A stretch of 64,000 bases of DNA, taken from an uncultured Nitrososphaerota archaeon. GTDB taxonomy: Archaea; Thermoproteota; Nitrososphaeria; Nitrososphaerales; Nitrosopumilaceae. Below, in pieces: positions 30,279 through 39,865 of this stretch. Position 1 is the first letter of the stretch; every line of letters begins with the position of its first letter. The position numbers were made by a program, and so were the translations under genes. The DNA lies in NCBI GenBank assembly GCA_963701075.1, contig OY969559.1:1088001-1152000 (forward strand), read 5' to 3'. Below the pieces are notes generated by a model that did no database searches, was not told the origin of the DNA, and saw only the letters and a list, made by a program, of their open reading frames with translations.

Positions 30279-30546
30279 TTATTTTTTTAAAAATTAACCA
30301 AGTTATTTCGGTATGTCATATGATTGATATCTAATCACTTCTTATTTCTTGGACCTAGACTTGTTGCAACTATCTGTGCCATGTGTTTGGTCGCTGCAAT
30401 ATTGTTTCTTTGTGCATCGCAACCCTGGATTGTTTTGAACCATCTTTTGATACGATTACGGGTATTCCTTCAGATGTGGTCTGAACCAAAGCCATAAAGA
30501 CCTGTTACTTTTCAATAAAAATAGTAGAAGAAAATTACTATGCATG

Positions 30547-30564
30547 ATTATCATCCGTGATATT
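30547..30564. promoter_or_regulatory. Box A (ATTATCA-tccg-TGATATT)
   Basis: 10 nt before TTATAA, 42 nt before TTG 30606. Confidence 0.8.
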
Positions 30565-30605
30565 CTCCAACATGTTATAAAATTAGAAAAATACAGGTAA
30601 TTATA

Positions 30606-31346
30606 TTGCTAGATAAAAATAATCCCAAAAACTTGAAGAAAATGTCCACCGCGCCATCTATCTTGATTGTTGGCATTCCTGGACCTGGACTCATTGGTAC
30701 GCTCTCTGTCTCTTATCTGGTTCACTCGCTAGATATGGAAATTGTCGGTGAGATTGAAAACGAAGACACGACCCCTGTTGTGTTCGTTGATAATGGCGAA
30801 ATTTTTGGCCCAATTAGGATCTACAAAAAGGAATCACTGTATGCTATTCTTTCGGACACACCAATTGATTATGATATGGCTTCAGGTTTTTCTCAGTCAC
30901 TAATTGATTTTGCCCAAAAAAATAGCATAGACATGATTCTATTGCTTGGCGGCATACCTGCTTCTGAGAAAAATGCAGATGACATAAAAACATACGGACT
31001 CGCTACAAATGCAAAGCTTGACGCAATAATGTATGAAAATGAGATCCCCAAGTTTCTTAGCGGCATGATAGCAGGACCTGATGCTACCATACTTACACAT
31101 TTGAAAAATTCCACAATTCCATCATTGATTTTATTTACGCAGTGTAATTTCTTCTTCCCTGATCCTGAATCTGCCATGCATGCCATTGAGACAGTAGCAA
31201 GAATTGTAAAGCGAGATGTAGATCTTACTGAATTTAAGAAACAGATGAACTATTTGAGATTGCAAGGAAGACAGTTAATGGAAGAAACACTAAATGTTTT
31301 ACAACCGGAGCAAGAACCTCAGAAACCTCCACAGATTTACAAGTAG
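30606..31346 (+). CDS. PAC2 family proteasome assembly chaperone
   Basis: ILIVGIPGPGLIGTLS, PIRIY, LLGG, FPDPESA. Confidence 0.85.
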   Translation: MLDKNNPKNLKKMSTAPSILIVGIPGPGLIGTLSVSYLVHSLDMEIVGEIENEDTTPVVFVDNGEIFGPIRIYKKESLYAILSDTPIDYDMASGFSQSLIDFAQKNSIDMILLLGGIPASEKNADDIKTYGLATNAKLDAIMYENEIPKFLSGMIAGPDATILTHLKNSTIPSLILFTQCNFFFPDPESAMHAIETVARIVKRDVDLTEFKKQMNYLRLQGRQLMEETLNVLQPEQEPQKPPQIYK

Positions 31347-31350
31347 AGAA

Positions 31351-31746
31351 ATGTCGTCGCCAAGTTTTATCCCAGCATTTGAAAATCGCATCAATTCAAT
31401 ATTTGGCAATAGCTTAATTGATGATTTTGTCCATCGTGAGCTTGTACCTCTGTCTCATTTGACTGAAAAGGATTCAAGATGGATCTTGCAAATTGATCTC
31501 CCAGGAGTAAGAAAAAAAGATGTCTCAGTAACAGTAACCCGTGGTCACGTAATAGTAAAAGCCAAACTTGAAGAAGCATATCATGTTTCAAGGCATGGGC
31601 ATCTTACAAAGTTTGAATCTATGAGAAAAGTTTCTAGTCTTCCTACTCATGCAGATACAAAGAAGATCTCTGCTAGCCTCAAAAATGGAATTTTGACTAT
31701 AATGATTCCAAAAATAACGGACGGCAAGAAAATTCCAATTGACTGA
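31351..31746 (+). CDS. Small heat shock protein (Hsp20)
   Basis: IDLPGVRKKDV...LP......ISASLKNGILTIMIPK. Confidence 0.88.
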   Translation: MSSPSFIPAFENRINSIFGNSLIDDFVHRELVPLSHLTEKDSRWILQIDLPGVRKKDVSVTVTRGHVIVKAKLEEAYHVSRHGHLTKFESMRKVSSLPTHADTKKISASLKNGILTIMIPKITDGKKIPID

Positions 31747-31846
31747 ATCTTTGCACGATGAACAAATCATGCCTATCTGTATCTTGCCTGTTTTGTTATG
31801 CTATGAGATAGTTTATCTCTAAAACATATCAACTGGATATTGGGAA

Positions 31847-32689
31847 TTGAATAATTTGAATTATGCAAATAGAAGAATATTTGTAATCAAGTCAGATGGA
31901 ACTAGAGTACCGTTTAACCACAGAAAAGTCAAGCGAACATGTATTCGAGCAGGGGCTTCTAGAGAACTAGCTAATATTGTAGCAAACAAGGTCTCAGACC
32001 AGATTTATGATAACATACGCACTAGAGAAATATACAAAATGGTGTTAGATGCATTGGCCTCGGAAGAAAATGGTCGCATTGTCAAGCACAGGTATAGATT
32101 AAAAGAATCTATAATGCGTATGGGACCTGCCGGCTTTCAGTTCGAGACATATGTTGCAAAAATACTTGAAAATTCTGGACACCAAATCAAATCCTTAAGG
32201 TCAAAACTAACTGGCAGATGTGTGGAACATGAGATAGATGTTGTAACATATTCTGGGACCTCCAATAAAAGATACTTGATAGAATGCAAATATCATAATC
32301 TGCCAGGAATATTCACAGGCATAAAAGAATCACTCTACACACATGCAAGATTTTTAGATCTTGTTTCATATTTTGATGCCGAGATGTTGGTAACCAATAC
32401 CAAAGTTTCAAATGATGTTATTACCTACGCCAAATGTATTGGGCAAGAGATTTTGTCTTGGAGATATCCTCCTGATAATAGTCTTGAAAAATTGATTGAA
32501 AAAAATGGATTATACCCATTAACGATTATGCCACTTTCTAGAAAAGAATTCGTAGCGTTATATGAAAATAACATTGTGGTTGCAAAAGACTTGCTATCAA
32601 AAGATCCAAATCAACTGTCTCGCAATACTGGAATTTCATTAGTGCGCATAAGAAAATTACAAGACCTAGTAAAACAAATCATAGTCTAA
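31847..32689 (+). CDS. ATP-cone + PD-(D/E)XK (Mrr-like) domain protein
   Basis: VIKSDGTRVPFNHRKV ATP cone; FETYV...EHEIDV...LIECKYH...LVTNT. Confidence 0.8.
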   Translation: MNNLNYANRRIFVIKSDGTRVPFNHRKVKRTCIRAGASRELANIVANKVSDQIYDNIRTREIYKMVLDALASEENGRIVKHRYRLKESIMRMGPAGFQFETYVAKILENSGHQIKSLRSKLTGRCVEHEIDVVTYSGTSNKRYLIECKYHNLPGIFTGIKESLYTHARFLDLVSYFDAEMLVTNTKVSNDVITYAKCIGQEILSWRYPPDNSLEKLIEKNGLYPLTIMPLSRKEFVALYENNIVVAKDLLSKDPNQLSRNTGISLVRIRKLQDLVKQIIV

Positions 32690-33132
32690 TGCACCAAAGT
32701 TACAGGACATGGTGCATGTTCAGACACATGTCTTGCGGTACTGCCTAGGCGCTTGATTGATGATACTCCTGTCATCTTTCTGCTTCCCATAATTATCAAA
32801 TCCGCTCTTGATCTCTTTGCTTCTTTTATGATTGCGTTTGTTACGTCGTCATTTACTATCTTGTATTGTATCTTCACGCCTTGTTCTCTACACTTCTCGA
32901 CAACCTTGCCAACTTTCTTCTCGCCTTCTTGTTTTAGAGTTTTTAGAAAGTATTGATAATTTGCTGCAGCAGAACTAACAAGTACAGAATCTCCAATTGG
33001 ATAATAAATTGGAATTACCATGAACAGAGTGAGTTCTGCGTTAAAATTTCGAGCAATGTCTTTTGCAAGATCAAGAGCTTTTCTTGATAAGGGAGAACCA
33101 TCAAAGGGAAGAAGGATCTTTTTTATTATCAT
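32686..33132 (-). CDS. Universal stress protein
   Basis: ILLPFDGS...DLIIMGSR...LGSTA..CPVTLVH. Confidence 0.92.
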   Translation of the reverse strand: MIIKKILLPFDGSPLSRKALDLAKDIARNFNAELTLFMVIPIYYPIGDSVLVSSAAANYQYFLKTLKQEGEKKVGKVVEKCREQGVKIQYKIVNDDVTNAIIKEAKRSRADLIIMGSRKMTGVSSIKRLGSTARHVSEHAPCPVTLVH

Positions 33133-33402
33133 TTAAAACATCTCTTTTACTTTTTGTCTATATTGTTCTACTAGTGCTCCAAACTCTGTAAAATCATTCT
33201 CGCCTAGATTCTGCATCCTTAATGCATATTGTGATAGAAACGTTGTCGGTGCGTTTCCTACCATGAGGTTATAGCACATTTCAGAGAGATCTCTGACTGC
33301 AGGAAAAGCAATTTTCAAGAATGGGAGGTAAGATTTGGTTTGTCTGAGCATCAGATCCATGTTTCTTTCAATGATCTCTTTGACTTCGGGTTGTAGTGTC
33401 AT
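33133..33402 (-). CDS. Hypothetical protein
   Basis: Tightly packed in a 3-gene operon. Confidence 0.65.
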   Translation of the reverse strand: MTLQPEVKEIIERNMDLMLRQTKSYLPFLKIAFPAVRDLSEMCYNLMVGNAPTTFLSQYALRMQNLGENDFTEFGALVEQYRQKVKEMF

Positions 33403-33403
33403 A

Positions 33404-33610
33404 TTAACTCACAGAGACTATTTGCTGTAGATTAGATTTAAGATGATGAGAGCACAGAAAGATCGTTTTTTCATTAATGATTTTAGCAGTAATTGATATT
33501 CCATTTAATTCCTTCTTGCATACGTAACAAGTCAATGGCTTGACCTCGGATCTTACCAATGTCTTGGCATGTGGTAAGAACAAGTCTTGAACAATGAATG
33601 TGTCAGCCAT
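33404..33610 (-). CDS. Small putative zinc-binding protein
   Basis: CYVC...CSHH; first gene of the operon. Confidence 0.6.
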   Translation of the reverse strand: MADTFIVQDLFLPHAKTLVRSEVKPLTCYVCKKELNGISITAKIINEKTIFLCSHHLKSNLQQIVSVS

Positions 33611-33652
33611 TGCTCATATGTGTAATTATTAGGCTATTAAAGAATAGACCGC

Positions 33653-33670
33653 ATTCTCAACTTTGGTTTC
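33653..33670. promoter_or_regulatory. Partial box A (ATTCTCA-actt-TGGTTTC)
   Basis: 11 nt from minus-strand TTTAAT, 43 nt from ATG 33610. Confidence 0.55.
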
Positions 33671-33675
33671 AACTC

Positions 33676-33693
33676 ATTATCATGTATGATAAT
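33676..33693. promoter_or_regulatory. Box A, perfect (ATTATCA-tgta-TGATAAT)
   Basis: 41 nt before ATG 33734. Confidence 0.85.
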
Positions 33694-33733
33694 TTTGTCG
33701 GTATATTTTATACTAAATTTAGTAACATGCTAT

Positions 33734-34183
33734 ATGATTACAGCACGAGACATAATGTCAAAAAGAGTAATTACGATAGAATCCGATGTACCTGCATCCG
33801 ACATTGCTAAACTCATGGATAAAAATAAGGTCAGCAGCATAATTGTTACAAAGGATAACGCGCCTTACGGAATAATCTCTGAAAGAGACATGTTGTCCAA
33901 AGTTGTGGCTCAGAACAAGAGACCGTCAGAGATCAAAACAACAGAACTCATGTCATCACCACTTGTAGTTGTATCCCCCCTTACACCCGCTGAAGAAGTG
34001 GCAGAAAAGATGATCCTAAACAAACTCCGACGCATCGTGGTATCCGATGGCAAGCAAGCACTTGGGATAATAACCGTAACAGATTTCGTAAAACACCTTC
34101 ATGCAATGCTGTCTTCCTCAGAAGATTATAACAAGGATCTATACAAAGACATGATAGAAGACTGGGAATACTGGGTTTCGTAA
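33734..34183 (+). CDS. CBS-pair protein
   Basis: ARDIMS...GIISERD...ELMSSP...GIITVTD; start reassigned to 33734. Confidence 0.9.
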   Translation: MITARDIMSKRVITIESDVPASDIAKLMDKNKVSSIIVTKDNAPYGIISERDMLSKVVAQNKRPSEIKTTELMSSPLVVVSPLTPAEEVAEKMILNKLRRIVVSDGKQALGIITVTDFVKHLHAMLSSSEDYNKDLYKDMIEDWEYWVS

Positions 34184-34255
34184 ACCCATGAGTAACGAGT
34201 TTATCTCAAGTCCATATCATGATAAAAAATTTCATTTGTTTTGTTAAATCTCACA

Positions 34256-35122
34256 TTATTGTAATGAGTTTTCAGACGCTATTGTTTTTACAATATCAGT
34301 CTTAGTTATGATGCCAACAAGTAACGAATTTTTTACAACTGGTAGACCGCTGATTCCGTTACGTATCATAAGGAGTGACGCTTCAGATACGTCTTCTGTG
34401 ACTTTAACTGTAACTGGATTTGGTGTCATTATGTCTGCTGCTATAAACGAGGCAAGATAATTCAATTGGTTTAATTTGAATTCTGATGGTTTTGCAGCCA
34501 TTCTGTATTTTTCTACTTCTTTTGGATCTCCCGCCTGTCTTAGCCATAGTGGAATCTTTGCAGGTATGAAATCGCGGTGTGTTATAATCCCAACAGGCTT
34601 TCGATTCCTTTCTACTACTACCCTAGATAACCTGTTTTTTACTAGAACGTTTTCAACATACAAAAGTGAATCGGCGGGTTTGACTGTAATCACATGTCTT
34701 GTCATTATCTTCGATACTTGAAGAGACGATGTAGCCTGTGTAAGAAATACTGATGTCAAATCGGTTTTTGTTATTATTCCTGCCATCTTGCCATCTTTTT
34801 TCAAAACAATAACTGAGCTTATCTTATTGTCTACCATTAGACGCGCGCAATCCTGTATTGTAGAATCTTCAGATGCGATTACAAGGTGCTTTATCATTAT
34901 CTCTGATACATGCGTTTTCTCAATTGGCTTATTGCCTAGATAGATCGATTTTATCAGATCTTTCTCAGTCACTATGCCTAACGGCTTCTCATTTTCAGAT
35001 ACTATAATTCTACTTATTCTGTATCGTAATAACATCGATCTTAGATCAAGAAGAGTTGTCTTTTGAGGTACGGTTATTGCCTTTTTTATTACCTGATTCA
35101 GATCGTAGTTTTTTAGTTTCAA
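34256..35122 (-). CDS. 4xCBS protein
   Basis: Four CBS repeats (GIVTEKD, GIITKTD, GIITHRD, GIITKTD). Confidence 0.9.
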   Translation of the reverse strand: MKLKNYDLNQVIKKAITVPQKTTLLDLRSMLLRYRISRIIVSENEKPLGIVTEKDLIKSIYLGNKPIEKTHVSEIMIKHLVIASEDSTIQDCARLMVDNKISSVIVLKKDGKMAGIITKTDLTSVFLTQATSSLQVSKIMTRHVITVKPADSLLYVENVLVKNRLSRVVVERNRKPVGIITHRDFIPAKIPLWLRQAGDPKEVEKYRMAAKPSEFKLNQLNYLASFIAADIMTPNPVTVKVTEDVSEASLLMIRNGISGLPVVKNSLLVGIITKTDIVKTIASENSLQ

Positions 35123-35163
35123 TGACTATTCTCTCATACGATTGCATAAGAAAGACTATTTCA

Positions 35164-35181
35164 AATTTCAAAGATGATAAT
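35164..35181. promoter_or_regulatory. Box A (AATTTCA-aaga-TGATAAT)
   Basis: 42 nt from TTG 35122. Confidence 0.75.
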
Positions 35182-35203
35182 CACTATCTCTTAACCTTGA
35201 CAG

Positions 35204-35851
35204 TTATTTTGAGTTGGACTTGTAGCCATAGCTGCCCAGAATTGCCATTACCTGATAATCCTCTACTTGTTCAAATACATTGTAAAATTCGCCAACAGCA
35301 CTGAAAAATACTGGGACATCTAGAACTACAACTTCGGCTATCTTCGATAGTCTCTCAATAGTATCTCTTGGTCCTATCGGTATTGCTACAATTACTCTTT
35401 TAGGATGCTGCTTTTTGACCCATTCTACTGCTGCAAACATTGTTGCTCCTGTGGCAATGCCGTCATCAACTAGTACTACAGTTTTGCCTTTCAAGTCGTA
35501 TTCCGTGTTTCCCCTAAATTTCATTACTCGGCGTTCTATCTCTTTTAGTTCTGATCTGATCTCCTTCTTGATATACTCACTTGGAACATTTAATGCCGCT
35601 ATGATATCGGCATTTGGAAAGAAACTTCCATCATGCATTACCGCCCCTATTGCAAGCTCAGGGTTGTATGGGGCACCTATCTTCCTTGATATGATTATGT
35701 CTAGTTTTGTGCCAAGTTTTTTCGCTATGACATCTCCTGTTACTACACCCCCGCGAGGTATGGCAAGTATCACAGGATTTTCGTTTCTTAAATTCTCTAG
35801 TTTCTTTGCAAGTTTTTGAGCAGCGTCTACTCTGTCTTTGAATAGTATCAT
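35204..35851 (-). CDS. Phosphoribosyltransferase (Rv0571c/Rv2030c N-domain type)
   Basis: FKDRVDA, LAIPRGG, RKIGAP.NPELAIGA, VVLVDDGIATGAT, FSAVGEFY..F.QV. Confidence 0.88.
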   Translation of the reverse strand: MILFKDRVDAAQKLAKKLENLRNENPVILAIPRGGVVTGDVIAKKLGTKLDIIISRKIGAPYNPELAIGAVMHDGSFFPNADIIAALNVPSEYIKKEIRSELKEIERRVMKFRGNTEYDLKGKTVVLVDDGIATGATMFAAVEWVKKQHPKRVIVAIPIGPRDTIERLSKIAEVVVLDVPVFFSAVGEFYNVFEQVEDYQVMAILGSYGYKSNSK

Positions 35852-36528
35852 GTTTCTTTCTCCAAATATTTCAAAAACCAACCAGATGCATAATGTGCAA
35901 CCTCTTCAAGCTTTCCTTTCTCTTCAAATAGATGTGTCGCCCCTGGAATTATTACTAACTTCTTCTCTGATTGGAGGGAAGACAGAGCTTTCTTGTTTAA
36001 TTCAATAACAGGTTCGTCGTAACCTCCAACAATTAGAAGAGTAGGACACTTTACATCCGCTAATCTTTGTCCTGCTAAATCTGGTCTCCCCCCGCGAGAT
36101 ACAACAGCTTTTACAACTTTGGGCCTATCTGCTGCAGCAACAAGGGCAGCTCCACCGCCAGTACTTGCTCCAAAATATCCAATCTTTAATCTATTTAGCT
36201 TGGAATTTTTTAATACCCAGTCTGTAGTGTTTACAAGTCTTTTTGCAAGCAATGTTATATCAAACCTAAGATTAGCTGTCTGAAGATCTAAAGTCTCTTC
36301 CTCAGTAGTGAGTAGGTCAAACAAAAGTGTAGCAATCCCATTTTTGTTGAGTTCTTGTGCAACAAAACGGTTTCTTGGGCTCAGTCTACTGCTTCCGCTT
36401 CCGTGTGCAAAAAGGACTAAACCGCTAGCACCTTTTGGAACAGAAATGTTTCCTTCCAGTGTTACCTGACCTATTTTTATGGAAACAGTATCATTATACT
36501 GCTTCTCACTTTTTTCGAATATCTCCAT
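35848..36528 (-). CDS. Dienelactone hydrolase-family alpha/beta hydrolase
   Basis: FAHGSGSSRLSPRN, GYFGASTG, VSRGGRPDL, PGATHLFEE. Confidence 0.88.
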   Translation of the reverse strand: MEIFEKSEKQYNDTVSIKIGQVTLEGNISVPKGASGLVLFAHGSGSSRLSPRNRFVAQELNKNGIATLLFDLLTTEEETLDLQTANLRFDITLLAKRLVNTTDWVLKNSKLNRLKIGYFGASTGGGAALVAAADRPKVVKAVVSRGGRPDLAGQRLADVKCPTLLIVGGYDEPVIELNKKALSSLQSEKKLVIIPGATHLFEEKGKLEEVAHYASGWFLKYLEKET

Positions 36529-36676
36529 ACCCTATCATCCCATCCAGGATCATCGAATGATCGTCGTCTCCCTTACAACAAACACACCCTAGTTTGAGGC
36601 ATTCTCTTGCAAGTCCATGATTGCAGCTTCTACAAGTACATACTGTATCTCGAGATATTTTGCTATGTTTTGTCAG
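36506..36676 (-). CDS. Possible Cys-rich microprotein (56 aa, CTG start)
   Basis: Open frame with CTCRSC..H...C...CVCC; no ATG before the Cys cluster; lies downstream of box A 36721. Confidence 0.35.
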   Translation of the reverse strand: MTKHSKISRDTVCTCRSCNHGLARECLKLGCVCCKGDDDHSMILDGMIGYGDIRKK

Positions 36677-36720
36677 CGTGCAATCAAGACAGTTTATAAA
36701 TTATTTTAATTGAAAAGTTG

Positions 36721-36738
36721 ATTATCAACAATGATAAT
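36721..36738. promoter_or_regulatory. Box A, perfect (ATTATCA-acaa-TGATAAT)
   Basis: 11 nt from minus-strand TTAAAA (36709). Confidence 0.85.
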
Positions 36739-36763
36739 TGTTAGATTTACAATCCAGGACCTA

Positions 36764-36781
36764 ATTATCAACAATGAGATT
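36764..36781. promoter_or_regulatory. Box A (ATTATCA-acaa-TGAGATT)
   Basis: 11 nt before TTAATT, 42 nt before ATG 36823. Confidence 0.8.
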
Positions 36782-36822
36782 CATGGGATAACTTAATTGT
36801 GTTTTTTCATTAAATACAATTA

Positions 36823-37278
36823 ATGGCAAACAATTCCTATGCGAACATACTTGTTCCTTATGATGGCTCTAAATTCTCTCAAAAAGCGCTGGATGTAGCA
36901 AAAACATTTGCAAAGCGTTTTGACTCTACCCTTCATATTGCAACTGTTGTAGACCTAAGTGACGTCGCTTCTCCAGGCATGATACGTTCAAAGGGAATAA
37001 AGACAATCGAACAGATAAGAACTTCAATTAAACAATCTGCAAAGACCATCATTTTGCAAAAGGAAAATGAATGCACTACTGAAAAAATTAAAACAAAGGG
37101 GTGGATTCTTGAAGGTCCGACCACTAGTGAATTATTAAAATTAATCAAGGAAAACCGCACAGATCTAGTCATAATTGGAAGTAGGGGGCTCTCGGGATTC
37201 TCAAAAATGATGGCATTAGGCAGTGTTAGCAGAAAGATATCAGAGTTATCTGATTGTCCAGTAATGATTATACACTAA
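36823..37278 (+). CDS. Universal stress protein
   Basis: ILVPYDGS...DLVIIGSRG...LGSVSRK. Confidence 0.93.
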   Translation: MANNSYANILVPYDGSKFSQKALDVAKTFAKRFDSTLHIATVVDLSDVASPGMIRSKGIKTIEQIRTSIKQSAKTIILQKENECTTEKIKTKGWILEGPTTSELLKLIKENRTDLVIIGSRGLSGFSKMMALGSVSRKISELSDCPVMIIH

Positions 37279-37296
37279 ACCGGACTTGAAGATTAT

Positions 37297-37755
37297 ATGA
37301 TTGATATTAGTTTCTCAGATATTCTAAGTATTGCACAAACAGCTGGCATTATCGGCTCTCTTGTTATTGCATTTTATTTCTCAAGACGAGAGATTCAACA
37401 TCTATCCAGGGAATTCCAAGCTCAGGTTCTCAACAATATTACTGAGAGAATGTATCGTATTAGTGATATAATAATTGAGCATCCTGATCTTTCAAAATTG
37501 ATAAACAAAACCGACCCTCCCGAACAAGTATTTGCAATTTACATATTGTCGGTATACAATCAAGCATTCAACATGCATAGGAGAAAGTTACTAAATGACG
37601 CAATCTGGTCTGGATGGACGCAGATGATACGAAGTAGCTTCAAAGATGGAACCCTTGTAGAATATTGGGAAAAAATCAAAGCAAATAACAGATTTAGTTC
37701 TGATTTTAGGCATTTCATAAACAACACCATATTAGCCAGACAAGAGAAGACATAA
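37297..37755 (+). CDS. Hypothetical membrane-anchored protein
   Basis: N-terminal TM helix followed by helical domain. Confidence 0.65.
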   Translation: MIDISFSDILSIAQTAGIIGSLVIAFYFSRREIQHLSREFQAQVLNNITERMYRISDIIIEHPDLSKLINKTDPPEQVFAIYILSVYNQAFNMHRRKLLNDAIWSGWTQMIRSSFKDGTLVEYWEKIKANNRFSSDFRHFINNTILARQEKT

Positions 37756-37782
37756 TGCTTCTATGAAATTACGATCTGAGAG

Positions 37783-39117
37783 TTGTGGAATAATTTGGCC
37801 ACATTAAAAAGAAATGTAGGTGTTTTTGGCGCAGCCTCCATAGGAATCGCAAACATCATAGGTGCTGGCATCTTTGTTCTAAGCGGTGTTGCAGCAGGTC
37901 TTGCTGGTCCCTCTGCAATACTTTCTTTTTTGATTGCAGGATTTGTAGCACTTCTTGCTGCATTCTCATCTTCAGAGTTATCCTCTTTTATTACAGCGAC
38001 GGGTGCTTCATATTCGTATACGAAAAGGGCATTTGGAAGATTCTGGAGCTTTCTTGTAGGCTGGTTTTTATATTTTGATCAAATAGTAGGTGCTGCGGCA
38101 GTCTCTGTTGGGTTTGCAGCATATTTTTCCGTGTTGTTTGGCCTGCAGGGCACAACCACAATAATCTTGACAGCGCTAGGAATGCCCCTTGTAATGCTTG
38201 TCCTCAACTTGATTGGAATACGACAAGTCAGCGGCATAGCTTCTGCGATGGTTCTCATCAAGATCTTTGCTATTGTGCTGATCATTTTCCTTGGGATATT
38301 TTTTATAACAAACCACTTTGATCCAAGGCATTACACGCCATTTTTCGCAAACGGCCTTGGTGGAACTTTCAATGGGGCAGCAATAATCTTCTTTGCATTT
38401 GCTGGATTCAATACTGTTTCCATGCTTTCAGAAGAAGTCAAAAGTCCTGAAAAAACCATCCCAAAGGCATTGATGATTGCATTTACAGTTACTTTTGTCC
38501 TTTATGTAGGAATAGCATTTGTTGAGATTGGTGTTTTAGACTGGCACAAATTGGGCTCGGTGGCTTCTCCATTGAGTACTTTGGCTTCTGCCCTTTCAGA
38601 TAATCAGGTGATACTTGATTTTGTTTCATTTTCTGCTCTGATTGCTACAGGATCCGTAGCATTAAGTTCCATAACTGCAGGGGCACGAGGAAGTTTTGCA
38701 ATGAGTAGAGACAATCTTTTTCCAAGATTTTTTACTCGCATACACAAAAAATTTGGAACGCCGTATCTTTCAATAATAATATGTGGAATTGCAATATCTG
38801 TACTTGCTGGCGTCTTTTCTAATAATATAGGCATAATTGCCTCAATTTTTAATTTTGGGACACTCTTCACTTATCTCTTCATCCATCTCTCTGTGATTAA
38901 ATTGAGAAGAAAAGAGCCGGGAACTGCCAGGCCCTTCAAAGTTCCACTGTATCCCGCATTTCCTATAATGGGAGCTTCAAGTTGCATAGCCCTGATGTAC
39001 TATCTGAGTAATACTGCAAAGATAGCATCTTTTATCTGGCTTTTGATAGGATTGTTTCTCTATGCCCTCTTGATTAAGAAGATAAAATTCTCAAACAGCC
39101 TTCATTCTTCCAAATGA
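37783..39117 (+). CDS. APC family amino acid permease
   Basis: IIGAGIF, GASYSY, FFAFAGF..EEVK.PEK.IPKA, RPFKVP. Confidence 0.93.
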   Translation: MWNNLATLKRNVGVFGAASIGIANIIGAGIFVLSGVAAGLAGPSAILSFLIAGFVALLAAFSSSELSSFITATGASYSYTKRAFGRFWSFLVGWFLYFDQIVGAAAVSVGFAAYFSVLFGLQGTTTIILTALGMPLVMLVLNLIGIRQVSGIASAMVLIKIFAIVLIIFLGIFFITNHFDPRHYTPFFANGLGGTFNGAAIIFFAFAGFNTVSMLSEEVKSPEKTIPKALMIAFTVTFVLYVGIAFVEIGVLDWHKLGSVASPLSTLASALSDNQVILDFVSFSALIATGSVALSSITAGARGSFAMSRDNLFPRFFTRIHKKFGTPYLSIIICGIAISVLAGVFSNNIGIIASIFNFGTLFTYLFIHLSVIKLRRKEPGTARPFKVPLYPAFPIMGASSCIALMYYLSNTAKIASFIWLLIGLFLYALLIKKIKFSNSLHSSK

Positions 39118-39865
39118 GTAGGCCCCTATGGCACCAAGAGATATGGCATAAACTAGTACAATCGCAATATCAAATACAAAAGATTTACTGCCTACGCCCA
39201 GCACTGCAATTCTCATCGCATCAACTGCGTATGTAGCAGGATCAATAGAGGTTATGAACATCAACCATTGAGGTAGCTTGTCAAGTGGAAAGAGTGCCCC
39301 ACTTAAGAAAAATAATGGAAATACAACAAAGCTTGCTATCAGCTGGAAGCCTTCCAAGCTTTGCATGTCAGCTTCCTATGGCAAGACCAAGAGACGTTAA
39401 TGTAAAAGAGAGGAGTAATACAATAACAATCACCTCAATCATTCCTAGTGGGGAATACGTGATTCCAATTAATACTCCAATTGACAAGAGTATTGCAGCT
39501 TGGATGAGAGAGCTTGTCATGCCGCCAAGCGCCTTGCCAACAAAAATAGTTCCCCTGCTAACTGGAGCCACCATGACACTTTTTAGAAAATCAAATTTCC
39601 TGTCCCATATTACATAGGAGCCAAAAAATATGGAAGTAAAGATAATTGACATGCATATTATTCCAGGAAAGATGAATTTTTGATATCCCATAGAGCTTCC
39701 AGCAGGTAAGATTGCGACTGAGCCAAATCCTATGCCTATTACAAAGAGCCATAATAGTGGTGTAAATGTGGAAGCAACAAGTCTGCTTCTCTCCCGTAAG
39801 AATACCTTGAACTCTCGTAGCCATAGGGCATACAACTTTTCAAATACCGCAATCTTATTTTCCAT
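39091..39865 (-). pseudogene. ABC-2 type permease, frameshifted at ~39368
   Basis: GLAIGS-TGA then MQSLEGFQ...FFLSGALFP in the next frame; a single extra base explains the break. Confidence 0.75.

Noticed and set aside
30370-30495. 41-aa minus-strand ORF with USP-like start (VIVSKDGSKQSRVA)
   Set aside because: Too short and weak to support; at most a remnant.
31847-32689. Restriction/defence system
   Set aside because: No methyltransferase or other defence genes; the context is stress-related.
36721-36781. Direct repeat ATTATCAACAATGA as a CRISPR or tandem repeat
   Set aside because: Only two copies, explained as paired box A sites; no cas genes or array.
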